Shown piece by piece: positions 1 to 12,100 of a stretch of DNA of 54,900 nt (position 1 is the stretch's first letter; every line of letters starts with the position of its first letter). The stretch is taken from positions 1-54,900 of the forward strand of contig JTLS01000049.1 in NCBI GenBank assembly GCA_000826855.1. The letters run 5' to 3'. The notes beneath the pieces were generated by a model. It saw nothing but the letters and a program-made list of their open reading frames with translations, did no database searches and was not told the DNA's origin. The position numbers and the translations under genes were made by a program. Source of the stretch: Basidioascus undulatus. Its lineage: Eukaryota.

Positions 1-33
1 CCCCCTTTCCCCTTCCCCCTCCCCCTTTTCCCC
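1..33 (+). promoter_or_regulatory. Pyrimidine (C/T) tract upstream of OLE1
   Basis: Pure C/T run ~40 nt before the OLE1 ATG; CT-rich leaders are common in highly expressed fungal genes. Confidence 0.35.
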
Positions 34-71
34 GTCACCACCACCGTCTTTGCCGACTCCAATAGACAACG

Positions 72-2677
72 ATGGTCGACGTCCAGCCCCGCCTTCGCAC
101 GCCGCCGTCTTCGGACGGGGAGATCAGCCCGCCCATGAGCCCGGAGCAGAAGCCCGCGAAGTTCGGCGCTGGGGATGTGCCGCAGCTCGACAAGCGCACC
201 GATCGTGAGTGGCAATTTACCCTGCACCGAAGACTCAGCCGCTACCAATGTACAGCACGGAGAACTGACAAGGTGGCGATACACTCCGACATGCAGGCCC
301 GATCGATGCCGACATCGAGGACAACTACGTGCAGCGCACGCTCGCGGCGACCAAGCCGCTCCCTCCGGTCACCCTCAGTAACTTCTGGACTGAGTTGAAC
401 TGGCTCAACGTCGGTGCGTCGCCCTTGGCTTAAACTCTGGAAACCGGGATGTAGCTGACATTCCTTTGTTTCGCCACAGCGTTGTTGACCATCATCCCCG
501 CCATCGCCTTGTACGGCATCGCCACCACTCCCCTGAACTGGAAAACGGGGCTGTTCAGCGTGTTCTGGTACTACGTGACCGGGTTGGGTATCACTGCGGG
601 TGCGTTGTTGCAGAGGTTTTGTGTGCGGGATTTGCCGCAGCCGATGCTGACAAGTATCTGCGATGCGTCTCGCTCAGGCTACCACCGTCTCTGGGCGCAC
701 CGCGCATACAACGCGTCTGTCCCGCTTCAGTGGCTCCTCTGCTTCGCCGGCTCGGGCGCCTGCGAGGGTTCCATCAAGTGGTGGTGCCGTGGCCACCGCG
801 CTCACCACCGCTGTTCGTCCATTCCCACTGCTCACAGCGTCTTCGCTTGCCTTGGTGCTGACTTTTGCCCCGTCCTATACAGACACCGACACCGACCTTG
901 ACCCGTACAACGCGCACAAGGGCTTCTGGTACTCCCACATCGGCTGTCAGTCCCAGCCTCGTACTTCTGCCCTCCAATGTTCAGCTTCTGACGGGGCTTC
1001 GTTCGATGCCAAACAGGGATGCTGATCAAGCCCCGCCGCAAGCCTGGTGTCGCCGACATCTCGGACCTTACGCGTAACCCGATCATCCGGTGGCAGCAGA
1101 AGCACTACCTGAAGATCATGCTCGCAATGGCCTTCCTTGTCCCGACTGTCGTCCCCGGCCTCCTCTGGGGCGACTGGCGCGGCGGCTACTTCTACGCGGG
1201 CGCTGTGCGCCTGACGTTTGTCCACCACGTACGTCTCCTTTCCTTTCTTGGAACGTGGTGAGAAATGGCCGAGGATTGACGGGGGTTTGGTCATCGTTCG
1301 TTACAGTCGACCTTCTGCGTCAACTCGCTGGCGCACTGGCTCGGCGAGCGGCCCTTCGACGACAAGCACACCCCGCGCGACCACGTCCTTACCGCGCTCG
1401 CCACTGTCGGTGAGGGTTACCACAACTTGTGCGTTCTTTCTAAAGTACCTGCTTTGCGATCGTGATAAACAACTGACACTGCCTCCTGGTTGTAGCCACC
1501 ACCAGTTCCCGATGGTACGCGACGCAGTGCGATGTCGCCTGCTTTCCAAGCAAATTGCTGACTCTTTTACCTGGTTCTCAAGGACTTCCGCAATGCCATC
1601 AAGTGGTACCAGTGCGTGTTTTAGAGTTGATCATTCCTCTTGCATATGTTGACGACGTGCACACTCCTTCAGGTACGACCCCACCAAGTGGTTCATTAGC
1701 GTCTGCCATCTCCTTAGCCTCGCGTCCCACCTCAAGGCTTTCCCCAAGAACGAGATCCGCAAGGGCCAGCTCACCATGGAGCTCAAGCGCCTCAAGGCGG
1801 ACAGCGACGAGCTCGTCTGGCCCGTCGACGCAGACGACCTCCCCGTTGTGTCGTGGGCTGCGTGTAAGTGTCTCTTTCGTTGACTTCCGACTGCAATTGA
1901 CGTTTATGTCCTTGCTCTATGCAGTCCAGGAACAGAGCAAGATTCGCCCCCTCATCCTGATTTCCGGCTTCATCGTCGACGTCAGTTCGTTCATAAACGA
2001 GCAGTGCGTCTTCCTTCCCCCATCTGCACTTCTTCGTTTTTCTTCTTTGTCTTTCTTCTTCTTTCTCTTCTATCCCATCTGCCCTTTTTGTCTTCCTTCT
2101 CTTTTCAATCTGCATTTCTTTGCCGCACAGTCTCTGACATCGCTCCTCCGACCTCAACAGCCCCGGTGGCCGGCACCTCCTCCAAAAGATGATCGGCCGC
2201 GATGCGACTACCGCGTTCAGTGGAGGCGTATATGAACATTCGAATGCAGCGCACAACCTGCTCGCGATGATGCGCGTCGGCGTCCTCGAGGGCGGCATGG
2301 AGGTCGAGCACCTCAAGATGGAGCACGCCGAGGCTGCCCGCGCCGCCGCTGCCGACCTCCCCACGCCCGCCGAGGAGGTTATTGCGCCCGAAGTGTACTC
2401 GAGCGAGATCTCGCCCGAGGACGCCCCCGAGGGCTTGCTGCGCGCGAAGACGTACATCCCTCCCTCTCAGGTGCGCCCCCCTTCCCTCCTTTCCTTGAGT
2501 GCAGAGCGACCCATGTTGACACTGGTTTACTCTCCTCAGGTCCTCCAAATTGTCGACATGCGTGAAGAGCGCTTCGCTGCGGCTGCGCATCGTGCGCAGA
2601 ACACGTCGACGACGATGGTGGACCAGGCGGAGATCCAGCGGCGACTGGAGAAGAGCGCGTACCCCGTCTCCGTATGA
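72..2677 (+). CDS. OLE1: Delta-9 stearoyl-CoA desaturase with C-terminal cytochrome b5 domain (multi-exon)
   Basis: Spliced exons give the three His boxes HRLWAH, HRAHH and GEGYHNFHHQFP, plus [21 protein letters not shown] and the b5 motifs [36 protein letters not shown] at 72, TGA at 2675-2677, GT-AG introns between. Confidence 0.96.
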
Positions 2678-4266
2678 CCGGCGCGCATTTTTCTTTCTTC
2701 TCCTTCTCTATCACTCTTCGCTGCTGTTGTCTTTGCTGTTGCTGCATGATCGATTTGTCTATCCCTGGGGTTTAGCGGCTTGTCTGGGTCTTTTTCGAAG
2801 GGCTTGAATTTGCCTAGATGCGCCGCTGGCTTCGTCATTGATTCGTTTAGCTCGAACGCATTATGTCCTTGCCTTTGCACACTTCCATTCGCTTTACGAA
2901 CACACTTCTACACGTACACGATCCCTGTCGCAACGCTGGTATTCTTCGCCGGTGGCGCAATGCGACGTACCTCATGAACTTGTGACGAAACATATCTGCT
3001 GTCATGTGTGCGCTTCGGCTGAACTCTTGGTGCTGAGTTACGCTGCAAGTTGAAAGCGCTTGCGAGCAAGAAGGGAGAACAGGGTAGTTATCTCGGTGGT
3101 GATGTAGCGAACTTGATTGTAGCGTGGGTGTTTTTCCTCGACTTCCGAGTTACTGACCATGTTGCTCTTCTGTATGACATGTCTAATTTCTGGATCTGTT
3201 CTTCCACGAAGAACAGAATACGACGAATTTTCCATTGAAGCAGGTCGTGTAGGCTCCTGGCTCGGCGACTGCGACCGGCCTGGGGCTGTTGATTGATGCG
3301 ACAAGCTTTTGGTTGATCCCAGTTGTCTGTTAGAATCGAGGTGCAACGCAGCCTGTACACCCAGCCGATGACAGCAGATAAGTATTGGTAGTCAGTTGAA
3401 GCCTTGTAAGACAGAACCTGACTTCCGGTATACTCGTTCAAGAGAGTGTGACGTGCTGTACATCAGTGTACACTAGGACTTCCAGAGGGTGTTGTGCTGA
3501 ATATATGTAAGAGGTCTCCGTTGATTCCGCTCGTAGGATGATCAGAGTGTCTTGGACGTACTCGCATCCTCCGGAAACCTGCAGCTGTCCATGGACCCTG
3601 CCTCCCCTTTTTACGTCTTGCTACTACTAAGGATGGGTGGAAAGGGCGCACATTGAGACTCACTCTAGTTTTTATGAGAATCTGCGGATCGGACTGATAG
3701 CTTGTCATTGGAGGAGCACTTCTTGGAGGGTGCCGGGCGAGAGCAACAAGAGAGGTTGCCCCATGGCTGGCTCTGGCATGTAGGCGAGCATATCGGCTGA
3801 GGTTCTCGGTCAATGCGCATACTTTCAGCCTGTACCCGGTGTCTCGATGCCGTTTCAACTTTCTACATTCACGAGTCTGCACAAGGATCGAGCCTTTCAG
3901 CACTGTTTCTCGTCTGAAGTGCAACCGAAAATTTCGGGTGTAGGGTTCATGGACTTAGTTCTGCATAACTTCACGGTTGCCACTGTTCGGAATAATGCAA
4001 ATGTGGATATCAGAATCGCTAGCAACGTTCTTCAAGAGCCGCACGTCAGATTCAACATCGCAGCCATGTGAACTTGGCTTTACCTTCTACCCTAAATGTC
4101 CCCGACAAAATTTATCGCAGGCCCTAAGCGTGTGGTGATATGCGGGCAGGCTACCGCGTGGACGTTTCCAGGTTCCGCTGCCGCTGCCAACGGCGCCGTT
4201 GGTCGCTCGCAAAGCCTCAACCACTGCTACCCTGCCAACCTTATTTCAGATAACTCGATCGATTCG

Positions 4267-5386
4267 ATGTCATTGCCGGACGAGTTCGCCAACCCAGTGT
4301 CGCCTCAAAGCGATGCTATGAACCGGAACTTCGAGGCTCTCGCGGTCCCGTTCGCCCAGTTCGGTGCGGCCATGACCGAGCTAACCAGAAGTCCAGGACA
4401 GCGTACTGCTGCTTCAAGCGCGTATCGCACAGCTTGAGGCGGAACGGGCTGAGCTCGTCAAGGCTGCCGAGACCCAGAGGGCCAGGCTTACTGAGGAGCT
4501 CGAAGCCGCCAACTCGCGCGGGGAGTCGCTCGCTGCCGACCTCACGAGCACCTGGCGAGGGAGAACGAGGAGCTCGACCGTCTCCAGGAGGAGAATAGGG
4601 TGCTGAAGGTCTAGGTAAAAGGCTTACACGGCTTGGTCATCGCTGAAGTCCAGCGGGCGAGCGACATCGAGTCGAACCGGCTCATCGCTTCAGCGCAGCA
4701 CGCCATCGGCTCTTCGAAAGGCCATGCATTCCCTGCCTCCTCCCAATTGCCTCCCAGACATCTACTCTCACTCCTTGCCCTAGTACTCACGGCTCCGCCG
4801 GACCGCCCCCTGCTCGGCAAGCTCCGAACCCGCTCCCCTCGGACTTTCGCGACTTGATATCGAAGTTCATCAAAATCCAGCTGCGAACGATCTGCTCCAG
4901 ATTCAATGCGAGCTGCTGGAGAAAGAGCTTCTCTACTGGAGTCACCGGGTGGGCAGTCTCGACCCTACTCTTACCGAGCCCCAGAAACGAACGATCTATC
5001 TTCAGCCGCTTGCTGGTCTCCCTTGAGGAGACTCAGGTGAGTGCTCTGGTCTAATCCTCAGTATGTAAAGAGGTCCTTACTGTATGATCCGTCTAGTTTG
5101 ACGAAGGCTACAACTTTACGATCGCTCACGGCAGGGATGCTTTCCGCGACTGGGTCGGGAAGGATGCTGCCGCTTGACTGCCGTGGAAGACTCGAACCAC
5201 GTCGTCCTCAAGTCCATCTTGTCCATGTTCCAGTCGCTCAAAATCGGCCCGCACTACCAGTTCCGGGGGCACGAGGATGAGGTGGAGGCGCTTGGACAGC
5301 GCGAGCGCAAGCGTCAGCGCACAAGCAAGTCGATGGAAGCGGAGGGCAGCCGCAAGTGGGTGCTGGGATGGAATAGCTGTTTATGA
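4267..5386 (+). pseudogene. Disrupted gene for a coiled-coil protein of unknown function
   Basis: MSLPDEFANP..., then LLLQARIAQLEAERAELVKAAETQRARLTEELEAAN and RENEELDRLQEENRVLKV*VKGL lie in different frames with no usable intron between them; in-frame TAG near 4612. Confidence 0.45.
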
Positions 5387-5875
5387 AGGGGGTTTGTGTG
5401 CTTGAGCGTAGGGTAGAAGAGGTAGGCATGAGTGCTCCCTATTTCCGACGTGTGCTGGCTGCGTTACGGTAAATTCTCACTGCGGTTGAAAGCTCAGGCT
5501 CACGCAACGAGACAGCAGGTGCAAAACATACGTTGTAGTGCTTATTTCATTTTAATATTGATTCATGTACATATGGCACCAAAATTAACCTTCTGAACTC
5601 GGCCGCCTGCACTGTCTAAGCAGCCTCCAATTCCTCCCATTCATCGCTTCTGAGGCGCAAAAGACCGCCGTTGATTGTGAGTGTGGGATTCATCAGTCTA
5701 GTCTTGAGTACAAGTGCTAAATCACATGTAGCGGAACGCGCTCTCGGGGCGCTCTCAGTGCAGTCCAGCTACGTTTGTGGCGGACAGCAACCTTCTCAGA
5801 TAATTCACCACGCTCTGGTTGACACTCAGAACGGCTTGAGACGCTGGGTCATTGAATGGGCAAGTTGATGATTCG

Positions 5876-6660
5876 GTAGACCTTTTCCTGGGCGACGGTC
5901 AACGGGCGTCGTCGTGCAGTCCGTGACCTGGTCAAGTACTCGGGTTCAGCAAAGTTTTGAGAAGAGGGGGCGCAGGGGTATGTAAGGCATATTCTCAAGG
6001 TCTGGGACTGCTTAGATTAAGTCATTGTCTACCTGTTTGTTGCTCCTCCGGTCAGTACCCTGTGTTTGCGTCGGACAATTGTCTTCACGCATCGGTGCGT
6101 CCCGGTTCACTCCGGTTGACTATATAGTTATGCACGGGTCGGTGACTGACCTGCAGCTTTTAGGTTACTTCCTGTACCATAAGCGTCTCGAGCAGCCCTT
6201 TGGTACCGCCACCCGGCCGATGACATCTTCATCGACCTGGTCGGCAACCACGGGCGCATTGAGGTCGCTGTGCGCAAGTAATCAGTCGTAAGACTTTTCC
6301 CTTTCGATTTCGAGCAATTTGTTGTTTTTAGCTGATGTTTTTCATCCTTTTTCAGTCGTCTATACCGATGGACTGGTGCGCATATGGGTTGGTAGTGGGG
6401 TAGCGGGTTCTGGTGGGTTTAGAAGAGCGTCTCGATGCTCGGGCTTTTGTTGCTTTCTCTTTCCTTGGGTTTTCTGCCTTGCTCCTTTCGTCTCCTTCCT
6501 TTTTGACTGTCTCTTTCATGTTCAATGATTTTGAATACTGCTCGCATATCACATGTCTCTCTCTGATGTTCCATTTGCGTGCTTGAGCAGTGTGTCAAGC
6601 TGACGCTCTTCATCCTTTCGCACGACGAGTGGAGGACAATCGTGAACCGTCTTGGGATCG
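5876..6660 (+). pseudogene. Inverted, degenerate partial duplicate of the ACL1 3' end (last exons, introns, 3'UTR)
   Basis: 6163-6281 reads GYFLYHKRLEQP(frameshift)[25 protein letters not shown] versus ACL1 [38 protein letters not shown]. 6356-6597 is the near reverse complement of 8414-8648; weaker similarity extends back to ~5876 (matching ~9120). Confidence 0.92.
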
Positions 6661-7578
6661 TATGTGCGTACCGTCTTCCAAATCAAAACCTCAGCAGCCG
6701 GTCAACCATACGCACAAATTTCAACCGTGTACCTTGCATCTTGACTCCAGGTCTTCACATTGTGCGTGCTATCCCTGCCCAAGCTATCGTTACGGGACCT
6801 AGCTGGTTGCGCATTGCGCATTGCTAAGTAGACTGAGGGTAGTTTTTTGCTCTATTCATGATATCGACTAGATTCTGTGTTGAGCTCAGAGTCATACTAC
6901 TTTCTCAGGATTCACCGGAGTTCCGGTAGACAGCGGTGATGCTGCAACAGAGGAAACCGACCATAGTCTGCTTTCCGTCTGATTCGTGCAAGGAATCCCG
7001 CTTGCAATGCTCTAGCAAGCAGTAAAGTGATCAGCAAGACCAGCCAATTGCGCTCATATCCCCTTTCTCTTGTATCGCGACAACTTGCCGTACGACCGCT
7101 AGCATGTTGAGCTGTTTTGAACTCACACCGAGATTGGACACCAATTGTCAATCAGGATGCTTCCGTTTCTTATAATCGGGTGTAGCTCACAAGTTCAGGA
7201 GCCTGATGCGACCTCTGCAGCGTTGCTCATCGGTTGCTCATTTTCGGCGTGCCCGCGAATACAGTCTGGCCATCCCTGTCCCTACAGCAGAACGGTTCTG
7301 AGCCCTTGTCAAAATTAACCCCAATTTTGACCACACGGCTCCTATCAGAGCTCAAGGGAAGTGACGGGAAACCTTGAAGTTGCATGCGCAATTCACTGAC
7401 AGCTGGATGGGAAGACCACTACAGCGGCCCGTCGCACTCACGTAACCTCGAAACTCAGAATGTTGACGCCGACACTCCGTTCCGAATGAGTCGAAACTGG
7501 AAGTCTACGCTCCTTTGTGCCCTGTTCTTTACCAACATCCGCTTGGCCCCACAGCTACAACCATCCCAAGCGCCAGCA

Positions 7579-8066
7579 ATGGACATCATCGCCGACCTGC
7601 CCGCCTTCACGCCCGTCCCTCTCTTGATCTTCGTCTTTGCTTTCATTCTTACACCCAAGCTGACGGGCCGCCGGGTTGACTCTCATCTCCTTCGCGATCT
7701 ACCTCGTCGCGCTCGCGCTCACTGCCTTCGCGGCGGGCGTGCTCCGTTTCGCCTTCCGCCGCACGAAAAACAACGGCGCCGAGGGGGAAGACTACCTTCT
7801 GCTGGGTGGCTGACAAGATCTTGGTTGCTACCATCGATTAAGTAGTGTTGTCGCTTACTGGAGCCCTTGACCTGTTGGCGTTTGCAAGAAAATCTCACCG
7901 GCACGTTGGGCATGGGCAGGTTCTTCGTGATCACGAACGTGTGGCTCGGCATTCTCGAGGCCAAGGAGAAGGCGGAAGAGAAGGAGAGGGAGAAAATGCG
8001 GTCGGGGCGGAGGCGAAGGAAGAGGTGGGCTACGGTACGAGGGCCAAGATGGAGAAGCAAGGCTGA
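7579..8066 (+). pseudogene. Degraded small membrane-protein gene in the inverted-repeat spacer
   Basis: Hydrophobic segments MDIIADLPAFTPVPLLIFVFAFILT, GLTLISFAIYLVALALTAFAAGVLRF and GMGRFFVITNVWLGILE fall in different frames with stops. Confidence 0.3.
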
Positions 8067-8351
8067 TGGGACATTGTTGGGGGTGGGCTCTGACTGTTTT
8101 TTGCGAATCGCCAGAAGCATCACCCTTGGTCGTTCTGTAGAGCGTCGCGGCTGTTGTTTGCGCATACTTCACAAGTCCGGCGAACAGTCGAAAAGCGACA
8201 ATGCTAGCGCAGTACTGGGAGGTGTAGGGAGTTAGAAGGTGTGAAAGCCCCTTCATCACCACTGAAATATACGAACCGGGACGACAGGAGAATGTAACTT
8301 CGAGCTGGGTCAGCCCAAGACACACTCACCGTCAATCATGTCATTGCAATC

Positions 8352-9120
8352 CTACTCCGAAGGCGGTTTACGACCGCTATCCATCGCCGTGGAAGGATAG
8401 GGAGCGTCACACATGACACACTGCCCGAGCACGCAGATGGAACATCGGAGAGACATGTGATATGCGAGCAGTATTCAAAATCATTGGACATCACAGAGAC
8501 AGTCAAAAAGGAACGAAAGGAGCAAGACAGAAAACCCAAGGAAAGAGAAAGCAACAAAAGTCCGAGCATCGAGACGCTCCTCTAAACCCACCAGAACTCG
8601 CTACCCCACTAACAACCCATATGCGCACCAATCCATCAGTCTAGACGACTGGAAAAACGGAAAGAAAAAGTCAGCTATGGAATATCTCAGACTTGAAGAA
8701 TGGAAAGTCCTTACGACTGATTACTTGCGCGCAGCGACCTCTACGCGCCCCTGGTTGCCGACCAGGTCAATGAAGATGTCATCGGCCGGGTGGCGGTATA
8801 GGGGCTGCTTGAGGCGCTTCTGGTCGAGGAAGTGACCTGCAAACAAACGGCATGTCAATTCCCGAACATATTATCAATTGGAGCGAAACGGGACGCACCG
8901 ATGAAGCCAGTCGCACGACCCAGAACGAAGAGACCGTTCAGGGTACCGATCTTAAGAGCGACGACCAGGTAAGCTGCTGTTTCCTCAAAGCAGGCGCATT
9001 CTACAGAAATGCACCTTCATGTACTCCTGCGCCTCCTCCTCGGAGAACGCGCCCGAGCACTTCAGCAGGTCGCAGAACGCGGCGGCGATACAGCCGTCGA
9101 CGTTGAGGATGAGGGTCTAC
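8352..9120. repeat. Right arm of ~0.8 kb inverted repeat (native ACL1 3' end); partner 5876-6660
   Basis: Direct reverse-complement comparison, e.g. caatgattttgaatactgctcgcatatcacatgtctct (~6523-6560) versus agagacatgtgatatgcgagcagtattcaaaatcattg (~8449-8486). Confidence 0.92.
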
Positions 9121-12100
9121 GAGAGTCGCCAATCTTAAGTCAGTTCATAGTTCGGGTGGGCTCTAAGGTAAGCAACGAGATTTTGACGCACGTCCTTCTT
9201 CGCAGAAGTAACCGCCTCAACGCCGAGCGCGTAGTCCATGGTGGAGTGCGACGGGAAGTGCTTCTTGACGAACTCCTTGACGAGCTCGACACGAAGGTCA
9301 GGGTTGGTCTGCACCAAGCAGAAGCGCGTAAGCTAGGTGATTCGAAGGAAACCGATGAAACGTTGGGAAAGAGTGGCGCACCTTAGACTTGATCTTGTGG
9401 CCGATACCGGGGATGAGTTTGTTGGCCTTGCGCATCGAGTCTGCGAAGCGGGACGGCGGGGATATCAGCCGCGACTCGCGTGTACGGGGTGACGAGGGAA
9501 ATCGGCGGACGCACCGACAAACTCGCGAGGAGTCATGCCCGACTCGAGACCACGGGTGAAGTTCTCGGCAGCGCCGTCGAGCGCACCACCGAAGCGGTCA
9601 CCGATGGTGAGGAGACCCGCGCAGAGGGAGGAGATGAGGTCCTTGCCGGCACGGGCGGTGATGATGGTGTTCATCGCACTGTACGCCTCTCAAATTGAGC
9701 CTGCTGTGCCCAGCAGCGTCAAGAGAGGAAGGGAAACGCACCCAGAGACGGCGGGGCCGTGGTCGGCGGTGAGCTGGAGGGCCATCTCGAGGAACTTGCA
9801 CGCGTACGGCGGCAGGCGGCGCTTGAACCACAGGAGCGAGATGACACCGCCCATACCAATGTCCTCCTTGAAGACGTCGGAGATACGCATGCCGGCGTAC
9901 AGGAGCTCCTGGCCGCGCTCGTCGGAGATGGTCGAGATGAAGGCGGCGGGCTTGCGGATCATGCCGAGCTCCTATAGAGGGGAAAGCATCGAAACCACTC
10001 GAATCAGCAAGGACAGCCAGGATTGCGAATGAAGGAAGGAGAAAAGACGAACCTGAGCCCACTTGTAGTCCATCGGGATGGTCGGGGGCTCGCGCTCGGG
10101 CGCGGGGTGGATCGTGCCGTTAGCGACGAGGGCTTCGTAGGTCGCCTTGAGGACGTCCGGGAGCTCCTCGAACGTGTCGGGGACAATGATGCCTGCGGCG
10201 CGCATGCCGGCGTTCTTGGCGTCGGCGGTCTCGCGGTCCGAGTTGGCCATCGAGCCGGCGTGGCCGAACTGGACCTCGGTCGCGAACATCTTCGCGCACG
10301 TGCCGATCGCCCAGGCAACGATGGGCTTCTTGATCGTGCCGTTCTTGACGGCCTCGATCACGCGGTATTCCTCGATACCGCCGACCTCGCCGAGGAGGAC
10401 GAGCATCTTGCAGGCCGGGTCCGCCTCGTAGCGGAGGAGGTGGTCGATGAACGTCGAGCCGGGGTAGCGGTCACCGCCGATGGCGATACCCTCGTACGTG
10501 CCGTCGGTCGTGAAGGAGAGGATGTTGTTGAGCTCGTTGGACATGCCGCCGGACTTGGAGACGTAGCCGACCGAACCGGGGCGGTAGAGCTTGGACGAGA
10601 GGATGTTGTCCATCATACTGCGGGAAGCACGCGTTATCAGTTCACTGGTCTCTCCTTGCAATTAGAGACGAGTCGTGAAACTCACCCGCCTGAGTTACCG
10701 ATACGGAAGCAGCCAGGCTTGATACCGCCGACGGTCGCCGGGCCGATGATGAGGACCTTCTTCTTCTCGGCGGCGACGAGGATCTCGCGGGCGAAGCGCT
10801 CGGGGACACCCTCGGCGATGATTGCGATCGACTTGATCTGAGGGTACTTGAGGATCTCGAACGTCGACGAGTAGACCGAGCGCGAGGACGAGAAGTTGAC
10901 GACGCAGTCGGCGTCGGGGTGCTTCTTGATCGCCTCAGCGACGGTGGTGTAAACGGGGAGGAGCGTCTCCTTGGTGCCCCAGTCTGTGGGAGTACCGCGG
11001 CAGGTCAGACACGCGCCCGGACGTCATGAGCGAGGTGCGAACGGAGACTCACAGAACTTCTGAATGTGGTGGCCACCGAAGGGGTAGATCATGGCGGCGA
11101 CGGAGGGCACCTTACGGCCGCAGGAGTAGTCGAAGTCGAGCATGCCTTGGATGGCGCGGGGCTGGAGACCGAAGACGAGCGAGCGGGTCTCAGCGTCGAA
11201 GGGGCGGTACCATGGGCGGCCGGCGCTCGCACTCGCGTCGCCGGTCTCGAAGTGGACGATCCCGTCCGAGGGCTGGGTGCGCTCGCCGGAGCGGACCTCG
11301 ACCGAGCCGAGGGTGGGGCTGCCGGGCGCGGGCGTGCCGGGCGCGACAGCGGGGGTGTTGGCGCCCGAGGCGGGCAGGGAGGCCGGGACGCGCGCGGCCT
11401 TGTTCGAGGGCTTGATGCCGAGCGCGAGGGGAACGATGGCGGTGATGTGCGTCTCGGGGCCGTAGACCTTGATCTCGACGCCGAGCGACTCGCCAAGGAG
11501 GCGCATCGCTTTGAGGCCCTCCTGGTAGTTGGGGCCACCGCGGCGGACGTAGATCTTGACGTTGTGATTGATCAGCGGCTGCTTGAACTCCTTGAGCGCG
11601 CGGATAATGCCCTTGAACGTCGCGGCGACGTTCGTGAAGTTGGCGATACCACCGCCGATGATGAGCAGCTTGCCGTCCGGGTGGGGCGTGCCGCGAGTGA
11701 TCAGGTCGACTGTGATAGACCATGAGCTCTTTGCTCTAATTGAATTTATAAGGAAAGGACGCACTGATGGTCTTCGCGTACTCGTAGGTCTGGCCCTCGG
11801 TCGGGGCGCCAGAGTACTCGCCGTAGTTAGCGAGCTCGTGGGCAAAGCCAGCAGCGGCGATAGCGTCCCTGTTTATGCCGCATGATCAGCGACAAGCGCG
11901 AGACAAAGCTTAAGCGAGTACGCACGAGTAGACGACGGAAGCACCACCACCGGCAACCATGGTCCAGATGCGGCCGGCGGGGTTAAGGACGGTTAGCTTG
12001 AGAGAAGCACCAGTCGAGCCGTCGAGCTTCTGGATGTAGGCCTCCTCCTTGGTCATGTCACGGCCGAAGGGCGCTGTAGAAGACGAAATACAGTCAGCGT

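Noticed and set aside
3050..4070. Protein-like minus-strand fragments after OLE1, also 14900-16550, 19076-19414, 32500-33144 and 53853-54250
   Set aside because: No recognisable motif or coherent exon chain; may be old gene debris but cannot be supported as features.
7176..7205. GGGTGTAGCTCA resembling a tRNA 5' end
   Set aside because: No D stem closure, anticodon arm, T arm or B-box follows.
7308..7331. Hairpin gtcaaaatt-aacccc-aattttgac in the inverted-repeat spacer
   Set aside because: A single 9-bp stem with no supporting context can arise by chance.
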